Origin: Octopus bimaculoides
Lineage: Eukaryota
Direction of reading: 5' to 3'
Length of the DNA stretch: 64,000 nucleotides
Assembly: GCF_001194135.2 (NCBI RefSeq)
Contig: NC_068994.1
Location: 43,816,144-43,880,143 of the forward strand
Shown here: positions 24,293 through 37,332 of the stretch, piece after piece
Position numbering within the stretch: position 1 is the first letter of the stretch
How the letters are laid out: the number at the start of each line of letters is the position of its first letter
The notes under the pieces: generated by a model
Told to the model about the DNA's origin: nothing
The model's input: the letters and a program-made list of their open reading frames with translations, nothing else
Database searches by the model: none
Translations under genes and position numbers: made by a program

Positions 24293-26285
24293 AGAGAGAG
24301 AACATACACACACACACACACACACACACATAAACATACACACACACACACACACACACACACGTATACACATGCATACATACATATGTACATACATACA
24401 ACATGCATACATACATACATACAACATGCATACACACACACTTGCATACATACATATTTACATACATACAATCTGTCCATGATCTCATAATTATGTCTGA
24501 AGATGAATCTTTCTCCAGACATCTTTAAAATGTCAATTATTTGCCAAGAGCCTCAGTGGATGGATACTGAGAATTTTCTGTACAAAAACCATGAATGATT
24601 ATGTTAATCCTCCGGAAATCATTTATCTTAAGTAGTTTAAATTACTGCTCATAATCAAGCCTTATCCATCAACGGGAGAAATTGCAAAATTTTACATTAG
24701 TAAATTAATCCTTTTATAGTATAAGCACTTATCTTAACCATATCCCATCTCTTCAGGTTCAATTTATGCATTGACACTATAGATAACTTTCTGTAAAGTG
24801 TTACACATGTATACATGCCTCCCTAAGACCAGAAATATCACAAAATCTTCAACTAGGCTATAAAACAAGATTATACCTTCCTTTTATCATGCAATTCTAC
24901 TAACCTTACTATATTCCCTAAAAAGGTCTTGTCTTAGTACATCGGCTGTATGTTATCACCACTGGGAATAAAATGGCATCCATCAATTAATTATATTGGA
25001 CTTCCAGCCAACAAATTCAAATCCAGGATTGATCAGCACACTTGTTCTCTTAGAAATACTGCAGTTGATCATTGAATCACCAAAACATTAACAATTTCTC
25101 AAGCAAGAGAGAAATATTAAACCGTGTCAAGCATTATATGCAAAATGAATATTTCAACATCTGTACAACAGAAATTATTATCATTATTTCGTATTAGTAC
25201 CATCATGAATAGATTTAGTATTATTTTGTATGCAAGAGAATGAAAATATCAATTAGAAAAATTTAAACCAAGGATTAACAACCTTTGCCTTCATCTTCAG
25301 AATTTTTATTATGTTTTCTTCTTTTTTTCCTTTCAATATTTCTTAAACATTTTTGATTGATTGACTGATTGAGGTTTATATTCCTTTATACAATTTGATT
25401 ATATTATTGACACTCATAAAGGCAGCAAGCTGACAGAGATATTCACACATTTGACAAAAGGCTTAGTGGTATTTCTTCTGGTTCTATACATTCTGAGCTC
25501 AAATTCTGCCAAGATTTAAGTTGTCATTTATCATTTTAGTGTCAATAAAATAAGTATCAGTTGAGCACTGGGGACAATATAATTGACATCACCCTCCCCT
25601 AAAATAGCTGGTTATGTGCCAAAATTTGTTACCATCATTGAGAATTTTACACATCTGTATATGTAGGAATGAATGTGCGTATGTATGTACATAAGCATGT
25701 ATGTGTATAGATACGTACATACATACATACATACATACATGTGTGTGTGTGTGTGTGTATCCATATTCATTATGTCGTTTTTTCACTTACTTTCTTAGGC
25801 AGCCTTCCCACTGTTTTCAGCTGTCATCACCTCTGCTAATTACTTAATTACTGCATGCCTCAGTAATCATTCATGATTTACTAAACAATACATTCTTGAA
25901 GGTCAATCTCTTCTTGACCTAAATGTATTTTTGCCAAAAGTTTTATATGTAACCTCTACTGGCTTCAAATATTTATCAAGAAAAGCAACTTCTCATTTAT
26001 TAACAAGCATTCACACTAACAATCATTAAATATACAATATCCATAAAACCCTTATTATCAACATTTGTATAAGTCCTGCAAATTATAATCACTGCAAAAA
26101 AAACCCATTAATTTAAGAAATTCCCAACATACAGTCCTTTCATGTGTTTTCCATTATTTCGTGTTCTTTGTTGTAGAAGACATTTAGAATTTAAATAGGT
26201 TATTATATATTTACGTTCTTTTATGAAATTTGCATTTTTTTTTTTTTTCATTTCCTATTTTTAATTTCTCTATTTGTTTCAATCA

Positions 26286-26457
26286 TTAGCTGGAGTCTTA
26301 GTTTATAGCAGAGACTCCAGCTAAGAAGATCTGAAGAAGGAATTGTAATCCCGAAATATCATCGGACTATAGATAACCAAATTACAACAGGTGTACAGTC
26401 CATTTTTTGTTCTATAGTGCATTGTTGTACCATTCTAAACTTTTAATTCTTCACAAA
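26286..26457 (+). mobile_element. PLE-type terminal repeat with minimal hammerhead-like core and a short 5' inverted copy (same family as 46278-46627)
   Basis: 13-bp inverted repeat TTAGCTGGAGTCT/AGACTCCAGCTAA, then CTGAAGA-AGGAATTGTAATCCC-GAAATATC (26331 onward). Sequence closely similar to 46480-46627. Confidence 0.6.
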
Positions 26458-28074
26458 CAATACACAATGCTTCAAGAGAACTACAATACTCTCTTATATT
26501 TGTAAAGTTACTTCAAACACCACATAGCCAGTTGCCTGATGATCAGATATGTGAAACTCAAGAGTAATGACACATAAAATCATTCAGCACTGAACAAAAC
26601 CTATTCCACTCAACTGTAAAAAGATTAAGTATATTTGTGTGTAATTATATACACTTGAGTTTCAAGATTATATTTGTTTACTCATTGTGTATCATGATAT
26701 ATTGATATTTTGTAATCATGATATTTTGTAAAATGTTCTATTTTTTACTTTAGTGTTTGTTTATAATCCTGGCACTTAGCAGACAAGCAATTATGTGTTT
26801 TAATGCTGAAATCATTATGGAATCTAGTATATACAGCTAATGAGAGATATTTACATATTTGTTTTGTCCATTCTCTATTCATTGTTGTTCATGCATTTTT
26901 TTTTTTTCACCCCACAATTATAATTTTGATGCATACAGTACATTTCTCAGCATAACACATTGGTCCTTTCACTGTGACTTATACCCTATCTTTTCTCTCT
27001 CTCTCTAACTTTTTCTCTCTTTCTCTCTACCTCACTATCTATCAGTTTCACCTCTGCCTCTTCCTCTTTTAGTAATACTTTGTTGCTGCCCCTACTTTTC
27101 CCATCATACTGTTCTGTGGGCCTTCCTTCTAACAAGGTTTACACCAACCAGATGCGCTGGTCTCTTTCACGTGATATTTTGACAAAAATCTTGATTTCTC
27201 TTTTCCTATGTGCTAGCATCATCTCTGTTTGTTTCATTCTTAAACCATAATGTAGCCATGAGTGGGCAAGGGTATGGAAGATGAGGAGTAAACTAGATAT
27301 TGCAAACAAATTATTTCCTGGAGACATAACACTTTCAATGGAAACCATTAGATGCATCAACAGTAATAGGTTACATACATGATGTCAAACTAAATCTTCA
27401 GACTGCATGTGAAATAATACTTACAATACTTGTGACTTGTGGCTGTAGAAAGAGAGAAGCTTTAGTAAACTATGTCTTATAAAGATGTATTTATGCTCAT
27501 CTGTGACACAAGGCAGATTAAATTCTTGGAAATTTTGTCATGGAAAACATATAGATATGAAAAGCATTATGGAAACATTTACAGATCTAAAGCTGAGAAA
27601 AAAAAATTGTTTTAGTTTGGAATAATGCATTTTCTTTTGTTTATATTCTCCATTTCATTAAGAGAAAATTTGTTATATCTGCTGGAATCTACAGCATCCT
27701 TTTGAGCTTTCTCTCAAACATCCAACTTCCATCCAATGTTTGTTTATGGCAAAAACAAGTCAAACCATTATCAATAATGTAGATACATGCTCGCTCTTCC
27801 TCTTTCTCTCCTCTCTCCCTCCCTCCCTCTATCTCTCTTTTTCTCTCCTCCCTTTCACTCCCTCTTCCCCTCCCATCCTCTGTCTCTCTCCATTTCCCCT
27901 CCCCCCCTCTCTCTCTCTCCTTCCCTTCTCCCCTAGTTATATTAATGTAAAGATTTGAAACTTTGATGCTGTGTTTAACTACTCCCTAACACATTGTAAT
28001 AAACACTTTTTCTTAAACTTGTAGTTCTTCAGCTTTGTAAAAATTTCAAACAGTTAATTAAGGCCTATGAAACT

Positions 28075-28290
28075 AGGAATATTTCAGGAGTTTATAGAAG
28101 AGTCATCAAGAACATTACAGAGGTGGTTGAGAAATCATCAAGATGTCTCTGGTTGAAAAGTGGTAATCAATGGATTCAGTAGAATGCCCCTTGGACACAG
28201 ATCTAGGTTTGATCAATTTGGTTGGGTTGCCTGGATGATGAACAGTGCACCCCCAGATTACAACACTGACGATGTGTCCAGATGTTGCGT
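28075..28290 (+). mobile_element. HERO-like RLE non-LTR element, extreme 3' end
   Basis: RRVIKNITEVVEKSSRCLWLKSGNQWIQ* and a 3' UTR ending ccccagattacaacactgacgatgtgtcc, resembling HERO C-termini (..AIK.ITEAAEKASRWLW.KR..W) as I recall them. Confidence 0.6.
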
Positions 28291-28339
28291 TTGTAGATGT
28301 ATGTTGAACTAAGGGCACTGAAATTCAGCTTCCCTAGAA

Positions 28340-29960
28340 TAATACGAACAGTAGGTTTGATTCTGACCATCCAACATCATGTTGCATTCACTATTCCAGG
28401 CAATCAACTTCTTTCAGATAGTGAACTGTTTATTTTAGGCAGAAGACTAAACTTTACCCCACTCAACAGCAAACTAAAAGAGTTTGGTCACTGTACTGGA
28501 GAACATTTTCTTCATCAAACATAGCTGAGGGCATTTACAGTGATATATAAAAGAGATTTTGGCTTATTGAAGTTTTCACAGAACTTAAACAAATCTCTGC
28601 ATGAACACCAGATTTTAGTAAGTTCTAATCCATTGATCTGGTTTTGAAAAATTGTTGCTATGATTTGTATACATTTTACTCTCTTACTTGTTTCATCTCA
28701 AGAGTCATGGCCATTCTGGGGCACTGCCAATGAACTCAAGTAGGAAATACACAAGAATGACCTTTCCATGGCAATCTCGTCTGATTGGCAAAACCCTACA
28801 TGTATGCATTTAATTTTAAAAAGTGTTTCAAATTACTAAATACTGGTTTCACATTTTGGCACAAGGCCAGCAACTTTGGAGAAGTGAGTAAGTCGATTAC
28901 ATCAACCCCAGTGAACAACTTGTACACATTTTATTGACTCTGAAAGGATGAAAGATGAAGTCGACCTCAGCAGAATTTGAACTCACAACATAAAGACAGA
29001 TGAAATGCCACTAAGCATTTTGCCTGGCATGCTAATATTCCTGCCAGCTCACTGCCTTTCTCAAATTACTAAATTATTACTGTTAATGAACACCATACAC
29101 ATCGTTACCTCTGAGGCAGGTGTAATATCTCAATCAAAGCAGTAAGCAAGAAAGGAGCTGGAACCACATAACAATCAAACAAATCGACAACAATGGAGCT
29201 GTAGTTACTTGTCAAAGAGGTTATCCTGTACTTTAAAGGCCCCAATCTATCCCCCTGTTCTCCCAGCTAATAACAATCATCACCACATATCATACTTTCA
29301 TGCTCTATTTTCTTCCTAAGCAACAAAAATTCAGCCATCTTAGTGTATCCTGTCTTCTTTGCCTTTAATTATTCTATTGAACACTTTCTTCTCTAGCAAC
29401 CTTGCTAAATTCATGTTATCCTACCCTCACACATTAAGGATGCTGACCACATCCTTAACCTCCTCATCTGTCTTACCTTCTCATGTGGATCCTATCAACT
29501 CTTATTCCCAATGTGAACTCTCTGTACACTGTCTTCCCCATAATGATGGATTCTTAATCCTTAAATGTTTCTTATTCACAATCTTTCCTTAAACCCCTTA
29601 CCACCACTTTCCTTCCTTGGGCTGGATCTATCCATACCTTCAACTATTCTCCTTCTCCAGTGACTTCTATCAACACACTATCAAGGCAACTATGGGTCCT
29701 AAGATGGCCATGATAATACCAACTTCTTTGTGGGCCATAACGAGGACCAAATCTTTGTCCAGTCATTGGTTTTACTCTGATTTCTACAGTCATTAACATT
29801 GATGGCTCTATCAGTGGTACTACACTCTCTAGAGATGATCATGTTGTTGCCCTTTGTTTCATTAATAGTTTTTAACCATCTCTAGAGTCTACCTTTGCCA
29901 TTTCCAATCCTTCAGTCACCTCCCTTGATATTGTTGTCATTATTGGTTATCTCTCACATG
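28340..29960 (+). mobile_element. Heavily decayed Penelope-like retroelement (N-terminal and RT regions), interrupted by a SINE at about 28850-29060
   Basis: Frame-broken translations: FTIPGNQLLSDSELFILGRRLNFTP; HIKDADHILNL; VNSLYTVFP/HNDG; FSFSSDFYQHTIKATMGPKM; NFFVGHNEDQIF; FAISNPSVTSLDI. These match PLE RT patterns as I recall them (..LYT.IPH.DG, F.F....Y.Q..G.AMG..M.PSYA.LFVG, IS..SV.FLD). Confidence 0.7.
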
Positions 29961-30120
29961 TCCAACTACTGACTCAACAGTCATATATTGATTTTTTCCT
30001 CATTTCACTCTACTTATACAAGAACTATCATCCCATTCTTAGAATCAATCGAATATACATTAATGACTTGAATTTTTATTTTTTATTTTTTTTTTTTCCA
30101 AATCCTATGAGGTGTGCCAT

Positions 30121-30676
30121 TTCTATATTTAAGAGATGAGGAATTATGTACATTATTTGCATTTGACGGATATTTGTCCTCATCTTATTTTTTGGCTGAT
30201 ATACCCTCCAGCCTTCATCAGGTGTCATGGGGAAATTTCGAACCTGGGTTCTCATTCCTAAGGAATTTTTCTATATAATAATAATAATAATAATTATAAT
30301 AATATATACAAATATATATAACATACAGAAAATTGCACTACTGGGCACTGCACACATTCTATGCAAAACACTTTCAATACAGTAACCATAAGAGCATCAC
30401 AGCAAACCACAGCACATACCCAAGGCACACAGAGCTGCGCTCGGTAGTGAAGTGAAAGCACGTTATAAAAATAAAACTACTGAACAATAATAATAATAAT
30501 TTCGAAAAATTCCTTCGGAATGAGAACCCAGGTTTGAAATTTCCCCAAGACACATGATGAAGGCTGGAGGGTATATCAGCTGAAACGTTGTGTTAACAAC
30601 AAACAAGATGAGGACAAATATCCATCGAATGTAAATAATGTAAATAATGTAAATAATGTGTACCATTTCTTCCTCT
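30121..30676. mobile_element. Inverted pair of PLE-type repeats (arms about 30121-30271 and 30504-30676) with decayed hammerhead cores and a Dong fragment in the spacer
   Basis: The arms are reverse complements (gaatgagaacccaggtt.gaaatttcccc...gatgaaggctggagggtatatcagc). Combined consensus: GACAC CUGAUGA AGGCUG..CAGCC GAAAC GUU GUGUU. The right arm has C3 changed to A; the left arm has lost GAAAC. Confidence 0.8.
30307..30485 (+). mobile_element. 3' end of the same Dong/R4-like family, in (AAT)n inside the PLE inverted-repeat spacer
   Basis: Near-identical to 42900-43078; flanked by aataataat on both sides. Confidence 0.9.
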
Positions 30677-32099
30677 CAGAGAAGTTACCCTGCATCGTTA
30701 ATTCACTCCACATTCTAGCAAATCCAGGCCATCAGCAGAACTTTAATACGTTTAACCATGATAGAAACACTCAAAGACAGAATTTCCTCCTCTTTGACTT
30801 ATTATCCTTTTGAAATTTTGAACCAATATGCTGTACTGCTTGGCATTTGTACTGGAAGCTCCAATACGAACATTTCAGTGTGTTTGGGCGTCAGCCTGAG
30901 GACGTATACTGAGTGATAAAAATCAAGCATCCAGTCAACATCATGGTTGTTGTTGTTGTTATTGTTGTTATCGTTGTTTTTGTTGTTGTTTAACCAGTCC
31001 TGGAGCAAACCTGACTGAGCAGACTATAAAGGCATCACTTTCGTAATTTAAACTTTGTTTTGTTATATAGCCTCCAGCTCAAACGTTTGATTGGGCAACC
31101 CTTTGGTAAAAGATTTTCCAAACATGACCATTCCCTCTTTTGAAGAGCATCTAGAGCTACAGTGTTCAATGTGTTTCTTCCCTGTTTTCATTTTTCAAGA
31201 TGGAATTGTGTTATTTAAGGGAGGTTTCGCTATTAATTCTAGCAACCATGTTGTGACCGTGTGTTCCATTTAAGAGTGTTCGGTCTCTATAGGAGACAGA
31301 AGGTGCGATTTGAAGGCGATTTTGCTGCTATTTCTAGCAGGTCAAACGACCACGTCGAGGTTACTTCGTTATGTGATGTGGTAGGGACGGCTGATTCAGT
31401 GATACATAATTGACATGATCGTATGAACAAACGAAAGACTTTTTATGTGGTAGCCAGAAATAGTAGCCAAATCTCTCTTAAATAACACAATTACCATTTT
31501 TTTTTTTATAAAAAAAAAGAAGAGAAACACGTTGAACAATGTGGCCCTAGATCCTCTATAAAAGTCGGGATGGTCACGGTCGGAATATCGTTCACCAGAG
31601 GGCTGCTCAATCAAAAGTTGACCTGGAGAGTAAACAACAAGAAAAGGTTCAAATTCCCAAAGTGAGGCAACATGAGATTTAATGCCAAATACAGCGATAA
31701 TAAAACACGCTTTTTGTCCCCTGTGTTCAATATCAGAACATTTACTTTGATTTGACGTAAGTTCAAAATTCAACACAGTCGTTATTAATTCTTTTGGTAC
31801 AATTTAGCGGTCACTGAACACAACCAACAGATTTCCCGCAAAGAATTTAACAAAAATAAGGAATACATAGTTGTCTCCCTCAGATCATGAATAAATGAAT
31901 AAATGACAACAACGTTTATATATTGGAACTTAATTAAAAAAGAAAAACACAGACCAAAACAATTTTAAATTCCAGAGTTTGAATTATAACAACTGTAATA
32001 TAAATAGCGCTGATATAAAACAAATATTGGAGGGTTGTAAGTAGATATTGGTCGAATATATTCAATAAAATTCTGAATAATTACAGTCAAATGACTGAA

Positions 32100-32154
<55 letters not shown>

Positions 32155-34408
32155 AAAGGTGTTGGTATCTAGAAGACCCAAAGAGTGGCAGGCTTCCTAG
32201 CTTCCTACACCTTGATCCTAGGAACTTATCTTTATATATTACTATATATATATATATATATGAGTGTGTATTATTTGCATGTATTATTTGTGCATATATT
32301 AGATATATGTAACTTGAATATATGTTTATATCCTAATATGCACATACACACACAAACACACAGGCACACACAGTCTTGCACACGTGCATGTGCACATATG
32401 TGCACACACACACACCTATTGTGATGGAGACAAATGAAACCTCTTATGTAGTTATTCCCTATGTGTATGTCATGCTGTGTGGGTGCTTTGTTAGGGGTTA
32501 TCCAGGTACAGCTCAAATTTTTAAAAAGTTTAAGGTTTTAAAAATTTGCATTTACACTTGAGCATCTTGAAAAAAACATGATGTTGTTCATGATTTTATT
32601 ATACATGTGTATGGTTAATAAAACAAAATAAGCTATGTTTCTGTGTATATGTATGTATGCATGTATGTATTTGTGCATACATATATATATATATATGTAT
32701 TTATGTATGCATGTACAAGGATGTGTGTGTGAGCATATAAGTGTGGGTTTATCTAACTATCTATCTATCTAACTCTATAAATATATGTATCTATGTATGC
32801 ATGTATGCATGCTGTATGTATGTTGTAAACATGGATGTATGTATCTGTGCATGTATGTATGTATATATGTATGTGTGCATGTATACATACATGTATGGAT
32901 GCATGCATGTATGTATGAATGAATATATGTATGCATGTATGTATGCATGCAAACATGTGTGTAAGTGTGTGTATGTATGTATGTATGTATGTATGAATGA
33001 GTGTGTAAGTGTGAGTATGGGTGAGTGCGTAGGTGTGTGCATGTATGTGTGTGTGTGCTTCTAAAGTCTAAACTTCAAATATATATATATATATATTTTT
33101 TTTTTACCATTCCACATGAAATATTTGTTTTCTCTTTCTTTTTTTTTTCCTTTGAACTCCAGTGCACTGTGAAGTCAAAAACACTGAGAACACTGCTATG
33201 ATATTTTTAAAAAAGTAAAAGACACGTTAGATAATGTAGTCACACACAGACACTACATCCGATCCGGCAGCAAAAGCAAAAGCAAAAAAAAAGAAACCAA
33301 AAAAAAATGAAAAAAAAAAGAAAAGAATGGACAATAAAACAGAAAACAAATTGTAGTGGTCAGGGCTTGATTGCTTTTGATCATAGATTACATCGACCAG
33401 AACTGCCCCAGGGGTTAAACAACAATAATATATATGAAAGCTAACTAAAACTGGAAGCCCTGTGTGAGGGCACCATTGGTCAGCTAGTAAACAGGGTTTG
33501 ATCCTTGCACTGCAAACTCACTTTTGATTTTGCTTCAAGTGTCATTATGTTTTTATATCTAGATTCAAGTTTTATGAATTTAAATATAAATACTACATAA
33601 TAAGCTTTCTTTATCATTTAGGTTTCGTCCTGAAAAAATAAAAAAATCAGTTATGCAAAGTTTATCAATTCATTCTTTTTTTTTTTTTGGTAACTGATGA
33701 AGTCATTGACCAGACAGACACAAACACACACACACATGCACACTGATGCATGCATACATACATATTTACATACGCTTATGCATTAACATGTCCATTTGTC
33801 CGGTTATCTGTCAATATGTCCATCCGTCCGTCCGTCCATCCATCCATCCATCTATCTATATATATAAACATAATTTAGGGACCAGCAAAAGTTGCATCCA
33901 TACATATATACATACATACTTACGTGCGCACATACGTACTTACATGCATACATACATACATACATACATACATACATGTGTACATGTGTACATACATTGA
34001 TACACACATATGCATACAAAGAAAAGCATAATTTAAAAGGAAACAAAACACATAGAGGCAAATACAACTGACTCCAAAGAACACGATGAGATAATCTCAA
34101 AGAATCGACAAAAAAATTTCTTGAATAATATGCCATGAAGAAAGAGATGTTTATTTTTTAACTTTTTTATTTATTCATTTATTCTTTAAAATTCTTTTTT
34201 TTTTTTGTTTCAGTCATTTGACTGTGGCCATGCTGAAGCACCGCCTTTAGTCAAACAAATCGACCCCAGGACTTATTCTTTTGTAAGCCTAGTACTTATT
34301 CTATCGGTCTCTTTGGCCAAACCGCTAAGTTACAGGGACATAACCACACCAACAGTGGTTGTTAAGCAATGGTGGGGGACGAACACAGACACACAAACAC
34401 ACACACAT

Positions 34409-34486
<78 letters not shown>

Positions 34487-35672
34487 GACAAGCTTCTTTC
34501 AGTTTCCGTCAACCAAATCCACTCACAAGGTTTTGATCAGGCCAAGGCTTTGATTGGGCCAAAGCTATAGTAGAAGACACTTGCCCAAGGTACCACACAG
34601 CCATTTATTTACTGAGGACAAGACAGCTTTGAACATATGTTTAGCTCTCAATGGGCGCCATTATCAACTCACCATTGTTTTAACTTCCCAACCACCAAAC
34701 ATAGAACTTAGTGTGGAGACCGTTTATAGCCTAGGGCTAAGAATCATTAGCACACTGGACACAAAATATGTAGTGGCATGTTATCTGTCTTCAGATTCTG
34801 AGTTCAAATTCCACCAAGGTCAACTTTACCATTCATTCTTTCAGGGTCTATAAAATGAAGTATCAGTCAAGCACTAGGGTTGATGTAATTGACCCCTACT
34901 ATCCTCCTAAAAGTCCTCACCTTGTGGCAGAATCAGGAACCACTGTTCTCTCAGTGTTTCAGTTGATAATATAGAAAGAATTCTTTGAGCTAGTCTTCAT
35001 CTTGAAGACAAAAAAAAGCTAGAAATAGACTCTAATACAAGGAAATAGGAAAGGTTAATTCATTATTCATATTTAATTAATTCTATTAACAACCTCAGTG
35101 TCCTAGGTATTTAGATTCTCACTCAAGAGAGCCACAAAATCGTTTAATAGCGTATTAGTGCAATATCAGATAACGATTGTGAATGGTGGAATATTTAGAC
35201 CATTATCAACTGATATTAGGAATTAGATGGGACAATGGAGAAAAGAAGCCAATGATGAAAGTAATGAAGATGGTGGTAGCGGTGGTGGTGGTGGTGGTAG
35301 TGGTGGGTTAATGATGACAATGATGACAACGATTGTGTGCTTATACCACACAGAAGAGAATAACGAATATCATCAACATCATTATCAGTGGCAGTAGTAG
35401 TAGTAGTAGTAGTAGCATCATGAACACTGTACTCTTTCTCTCTTTCTCTCTCTCTCTCTCTCGCTCTCTCTTTCTCTCTCTCTCTCGCTCTCTCTCTCTC
35501 TTTCTCTCTCTCTCTTTCTCTCTCTCTCTCGATCTCTCTCTTTCTTTCTCTCTCTCTCTCGATCTCTCTCTTTCTCTCTCTCTCACTCTCTCTCTCTCTT
35601 TCTCTCTCTCTCTTGTTCTCTCTCTCTAAATATGTGTGTGCATGTGCGTATGTGTGTGTATGGGCAAGTGTG

Positions 35673-35710
<38 letters not shown>

Positions 35711-36033
35711 TGTGTGTGTGTGTATATATATATATATATGTATGTATGTGTGTGTACATTGTACATCTACCTATATCTATGTGTCTGTATACACTACACA
35801 TATCTATCTATATGCATACACATACACATCTATATCATCTATATCTATATGTCTGTCTGCATGTGTGTGTGTGTGTGTGTGTATACACATCTCTCTATAT
35901 CTATATATGTGAGTATTTATNNNNNNNNNNTCTATATGCATACACATACACATCTATATCATCTATATCTATATGTCTGTCTGTGCATGTGTGTGTGTGT
36001 GTATACACATCTCTCTATATCTATATATGTGAG

Positions 36034-36068
<35 letters not shown>

Positions 36069-36941
36069 GCAGGTATATATGTATATAGTTGTATATACAT
36101 ATACATACACACACACACACACACACATATACATGTAACCCACACAACCACCCCTACCCCAGCTCGGCTAACTAAAATTTACATGATAAAACAAAACACA
36201 AAGATGTAAGTTTTCTCTTCTTTTCACCACCACAACAACTGTTTTGTTTAGCTTTTATTTTGTTTTGTTTTTATTCCAAAGATAATAAAACATAAATAAC
36301 AACCACAACCACAACCACAACTACAACTACAACAAAAGAAACGGATGAACTGTAATATAAGCCTGTTATAATAAAATATTTTGTCTTTCATCTAAAACGT
36401 TCCTCTCTATTATTATTCAATTTCTGCTGTTATCATCACATCATAGATGATAGCTCTCTCTTTTTTTTTTTTTCTTTTAAAGAATGCATTTCATAAAAGA
36501 CATTCACAACCATTTTGTCAAAAGATTGCCACCTTCAAATTGTTAGTTTTGTTCCATTGTGTGAAAGATCTATCACTTTTCTGTGTCTTTTTCTACACAG
36601 GTGTAAATGGCTTTTGTTTCTTGTGTGCGTATGTATTTATTTTCTTGTAGGCCTGTGTGCATGTATGTGCGTGTTTCTGTGCGTGTGTGTGTGTGTGTGA
36701 GAGAGAGAAAGACAGAGTTTGAAGATATGACATTAAGGTGTAGCGTAAAATGAGTTATATATCTATGTTTGAGTGCAAATGCATAAGTGTGTACATGTTT
36801 GCATACCTGCATGCATATAACTGCACATATGTATTCATTATACATGTGTGGTGTATTTGTGTCTTGTGTCTATGATGTGCATGTGTGTGTATATATATAT
36901 ATATATATATTTATATGTGAATGTATAGATATATTTACATG

Positions 36942-36989
<48 letters not shown>

Positions 36990-37148
36990 NNNNNNNNNNN
37001 NNNNNNNNNNNNNNNNNNNNNNNNNNNNNNNNNNNNNNNNNNNNNNNNNNNNNNNNNNNNNNNNNNNNNNNNNNNNNNNNNNNNNNNNNNNNNNNNNNNN
37101 NNNNNNNNNNNNNNNNNNNNNNNNNNNNNNNNNNNNNNNNNNNNNNNN

Positions 37149-37268
37149 CTATATGCTAGAAATAGATGCCAAATTACCTAACCACAAAGAGTATGTTCTC
37201 AAGAGTATGTTTTCTTGAGAACATACTCTTCACGGTTAGGTGATTTAGCATCTATTTCTAGCATATAG
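37149..37268. repeat. Hairpin: 56-bp arms, 8-nt loop, 5 mismatches
   Basis: 37149-37204 pairs with 37213-37268. The left arm abuts an N gap, so it may extend further. Confidence 0.9.
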
Positions 37269-37301
37269 GAGTCCACTTTTGGTGGTCATTCCTCTTAATT
37301 T

Positions 37302-37332
<31 letters not shown>

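Noticed and set aside
27139-27360. 73-aa minus-strand ORF (and the 60-aa plus-strand ORF at 39127-39309) as extra exons
   Set aside because: No convincing splice-site pair or recognisable motif.
35780-36050. Direct repeat of about 120 bp flanking a 10-N gap (similar cases at 427-575 and 11320-11500)
   Set aside because: Typical contig-overlap or collapsed-microsatellite assembly artefact.
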